Below, piece by piece: positions 45,296 to 47,769 of a stretch of 47,769 nucleotides of DNA (positions within the stretch are counted from its first letter, which is position 1; the number at the start of each line of letters is the position of its first letter). Source of the stretch: a virus (taxonomy: Duplodnaviria > Caudoviricetes); IMG/VR virus record IMGVR_UViG_3300023100_000001, positions 1 to 47,769 of that record. The stretch is one strand, 5' to 3'. The notes below the pieces were generated by a model, which did no database searches, was not told the DNA's origin, and saw only the letters and a list, made by a program, of their open reading frames with translations. Made by a program: the position numbers and the translations under genes.

Positions 45296-45871
45296 TTAAG
45301 TTGGTGTGTCATTTTCGTAAAGCCATCCATTTTGTCTTGGAGGGTGACCTTTTGCTCTCCAGGTAGTTGTTACCTCGAACCTTTCATAATTACCCTGCCC
45401 TCTGTCAAGTGGCGCATTGGCTTTACTTACAGTTGCAGGAATACCGTTGGCCGGATCGCCATAGACTTTACCGCCTAATGTCATCCACCATATGAAAATA
45501 TTTGGTGCACATTCCAGCGTTCTCAAGAACTCGTAGTTCTCGTCTGATGTATCGTCTATTGTAAAGTTTGGTGCGAAGTTCTTTTTGCCCGGGACAGTTT
45601 GTCCAAGAGAAACAACTCTTTGGTTATCTTCTGGCTCCGGCAAATCACCAATAACCCTTAACATTGCACCTTCAGGGGCCGTAAAAGTTGCGGCAACCGT
45701 AGGGGATGAGAAGTCAGGGCTTGTTATTGCAGGTATATTCGGGTTGGATGGATCAGGAATTGATACAAATAAGTAGCATATTTCCGATTCGTTCTGCTCA
45801 GGAACGCAATTATTTGTTGTTTCTGGTAATTCCAGATCGTCACAGGCAGCACATGCAGGAGTATCGTACAT
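45296..45871 (-). CDS. Probable major tail tube protein
   Basis: 191 aa, acidic and beta-rich (IGDLPEPE...FTIDDTSDENYEFLR...W); first gene of the late operon. Confidence 0.6.
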   Translation of the reverse strand: MYDTPACAACDDLELPETTNNCVPEQNESEICYLFVSIPDPSNPNIPAITSPDFSSPTVAATFTAPEGAMLRVIGDLPEPEDNQRVVSLGQTVPGKKNFAPNFTIDDTSDENYEFLRTLECAPNIFIWWMTLGGKVYGDPANGIPATVSKANAPLDRGQGNYERFEVTTTWRAKGHPPRQNGWLYENDTPT

Positions 45872-45888
45872 TTGTCAATTGTTTGATA

Positions 45889-45933
45889 CAAATGTGATAT
45901 TCGGGCGTTTTTATTTGGTGACATGGCTGTCAC
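45889..45933 (-). promoter_or_regulatory. Late promoter 1: degenerate -7 box plus palindrome
   Basis: CACATTTG (45889-45896) and GTGACATGGCTGTCAC (45918-45933). Confidence 0.65.
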
Positions 45934-45981
45934 TTCGTTCATTATATGTAAGAAAAACTCATTTCGGGGGTAAATAAAATT

Positions 45982-46005
45982 AAAAAAGACGCCCTGGAGC
46001 GCCTC
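45982..46005 (-). terminator. Terminator ending the early operon before the late genes
   Basis: AGGCGC-TCCAGG-GCGTCT followed by a T tract. Confidence 0.65.
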
Positions 46006-46046
46006 ACCGATTTGAAAAATAACAGAGGGAAATTGGGTTCCGTCTG

Positions 46047-46550
46047 TCAACTATCTTTTACAAATATTAAAGTGGTGGATGGGGAGAAAACTTTCGCTTC
46101 GGCTTCTTGCCATTCAGCTAAATCTGCAGGATAAAACTTATGGCTATCATCATCTGCGCTGTAATGATTAGGTTTGGGCATAAAGCCACATTCATTTTCC
46201 AACATCACATCATTCGCCTTTAGAAGTGATTGGAATGATTCAATGGCTGATCCGACATAATTACAAGCCTTGTATCGTGTTGCCTTCCAGCCATAATCGG
46301 GCCATGTATTTATTGAGTGCGGAATACACTTCTCCACCAAGCCATCAGCCTGTTCCTCTGTGATCGCTTCAATGGTAGATATGAACTTCCAATTGCCTTG
46401 TAGGATAGGTATTGACATTGGGTAATCGCCTTGTACAAACTTTTCAAATTCATAATACAATGAATCACCTACAATTCCCGCGAATTTATTTTTATCTCCA
46501 AGATCCACAAGCAGGATAGTTTGCTTTCCTTGTATTTCACGTGTTTTCAT
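46047..46550 (-). CDS. Hypothetical protein
   Basis: 167 aa, coupled. Confidence 0.7.
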   Translation of the reverse strand: MKTREIQGKQTILLVDLGDKNKFAGIVGDSLYYEFEKFVQGDYPMSIPILQGNWKFISTIEAITEEQADGLVEKCIPHSINTWPDYGWKATRYKACNYVGSAIESFQSLLKANDVMLENECGFMPKPNHYSADDDSHKFYPADLAEWQEAEAKVFSPSTTLIFVKDS

Positions 46551-46804
46551 AGATTAATGTTTATTCCTCTTCCTGTTATTAAATCAACTAACCATATCAA
46601 TCTTTCAATATTTGCAAAAGGAACTTGATTGACAGTTATTGTTTTAGTATCTAAGACCCATCCATTTTCAATTTTATATGCGTAATATGTTCTGCCCCTA
46701 AAATTGTAAATCCATTTAATGGAACCATCTTTCATTTTATCAAATCCATAGTCCTCAATAATTGTAATTTCTTTTTCGGTAGGATTTATTTCTTCTTTAC
46801 TCAT
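46547..46804 (-). CDS. Hypothetical protein
   Basis: 85 aa. Confidence 0.65.
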   Translation of the reverse strand: MSKEEINPTEKEITIIEDYGFDKMKDGSIKWIYNFRGRTYYAYKIENGWVLDTKTITVNQVPFANIERLIWLVDLITGRGININL

Positions 46805-46837
46805 TTTCCTTTTTTTGATTGTGTTTGCTGTTGGTGG

Positions 46838-47068
46838 TTATGATTGTTTTTGAAGATCAAGAATCCTGATTAATAAAGCAGGCAATGTGTTCAACTTTAT
46901 CACACGAAGAGTGCCTGGAAAATCTGGATCATTGATAATTTTTAAGTGGCGGTCAACATTCATATCAGCCCATGTGTTGTTTGGGACGTTCATTAACTCA
47001 TCCCATTTTGCTTTTGCAGCCTTTACGTCAATTGGGTAATAATCCTTTAAGTCTAATAGATATTTCAT
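46838..47068 (-). CDS. Hypothetical protein
   Basis: 76 aa, coupled. Confidence 0.65.
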   Translation of the reverse strand: MKYLLDLKDYYPIDVKAAKAKWDELMNVPNNTWADMNVDRHLKIINDPDFPGTLRVIKLNTLPALLIRILDLQKQS

Positions 47069-47379
47069 ATCTCATTCTTTTTTATTGCGTTTGGTAGTGC
47101 CTTATATACTGTTTCCCACCACCATTGATCAAAATCCTTTTCGTCTAATTCCATTGCTTGTTGTTTAATAATATTGCTTTCAGGAACTCTTGTATCATCT
47201 ATCCATTTGCTTTCCTCCACGCTTTGAGATTTAGCAGCTAAACAGGCTTTGAAAAAATGCCTTATTAGTATTGCGCTTTGTTCTACGCTATCTGAGTTGA
47301 TAATTAGTTCGGTTAATTCGTTGAATTTTTCTACTAATTTGTTATCCGCTCTTGCAGAGATGTCTTCTGATTCTTTCAT
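47065..47379 (-). CDS. Hypothetical protein
   Basis: 104 aa, coupled. Confidence 0.65.
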   Translation of the reverse strand: MKESEDISARADNKLVEKFNELTELIINSDSVEQSAILIRHFFKACLAAKSQSVEESKWIDDTRVPESNIIKQQAMELDEKDFDQWWWETVYKALPNAIKKNEI

Positions 47380-47561
47380 TTTGTTGGATTTTTAGGTTCA
47401 AAACATGTTCCGATCGATTTATAATAAGCAACTTTCATTTCAGCAATCACCCTCATGTGTTTCAAATTACAAGTTTTATAATCAAGTGTAATTTGTTCAT
47501 AATGTTTGCAATCCTTACATGGTCGTGTTTCCACTTCCAATTTTTCATCATTCTCGCTCAT
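47376..47561 (-). CDS. Small Cys-rich protein
   Basis: CKDCKHY...C...CF. Confidence 0.65.
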   Translation of the reverse strand: MSENDEKLEVETRPCKDCKHYEQITLDYKTCNLKHMRVIAEMKVAYYKSIGTCFEPKNPTK

Positions 47562-47583
47562 GGCTTATTCATTTGTTTTGTTT

Positions 47584-47769
47584 TTAGATTTCCCCTAATA
47601 CCACGCAATCCATAGTCAATGGCTCTGTTGAATCATCATCATATTCACTTGCGTTGCTATATTCAATATACTGTGAACCTACACCGTTTAATAAACCAAA
47701 ATCAAATTCTGTTTTTCTTTCAGCTAAAAATACCCACATATCATCAGGATATTTTTCAAGTTCTTTTTT
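47584..47769 (-). CDS. Hypothetical phage protein spanning the circular junction (ATG at 117, 67 aa, MTVAELKKELEKYPDDMWVF...CVVLGEI)
   Basis: Translated by hand across 117->1 and 47670->47584; open frame ends TAA at 47584-47586. Confidence 0.85.
   Translation of the reverse strand, partial: KKELEKYPDDMWVFLAERKTEFDFGLLNGVGSQYIEYSNASEYDDDSTEPLTMDCVVLGEI
47671..47769. repeat. 99-bp direct terminal repeat, right copy
   Basis: Identical to 1-99. Confidence 0.97.

Larger units (their letters stand above)
1..47769. mobile_element. Complete temperate Bacteroidota phage genome in circular (excised) form
   Basis: TerS/TerL, portal, capsid, tape measure, lysis genes, integrase with intact attP, CI, replication genes and terminal overlap. 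Confidence 0.95.

Overview
Complete, circularly assembled genome (about 47,670 bp; bases 1-99 are repeated exactly at 47671-47769) of a temperate, probably long-tailed (siphovirus-like) phage of a Bacteroidota host. The host call rests on TAnnTTTG -7 promoter boxes, SD-less AT-rich starts and an attP core matching the 3' end of a tRNA, probably tRNA-Arg(UCU). Modules: (i) a long minus-strand early operon (Xis/Cro-like HTH, RecT plus YqaJ-like exonuclease, HNH proteins, a C5 DNA methyltransferase with a nested second-frame subunit, replication initiator with ori repeats, DnaB, RuvC-like resolvase, many small ORFs) interrupted by two counter-oriented ribbon-helix-helix genes; (ii) a lysogeny module (S24 CI repressor, lipoprotein, attP with arm repeats, tyrosine integrase); (iii) lysis genes; (iv) a rearranged morphogenesis region (tail tube upstream of capsid, tail chaperone downstream of a split tape measure, two glycosyltransferases, TerS separated from TerL by a 4.2-kb plus-strand block). 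Best novelty candidate: a roughly 58-nt antisense RNA at 13231-13289 whose two 11-nt boxes recur, in swapped order, at the translation starts of recT and its upstream gene. Other leads are a tRNA-like cloverleaf with a duplicated RNA motif, a palindrome at identical spacing in two late promoters, and possible virion glycosylation. All protein calls come from motif recognition and gene context by eye, not database searches.
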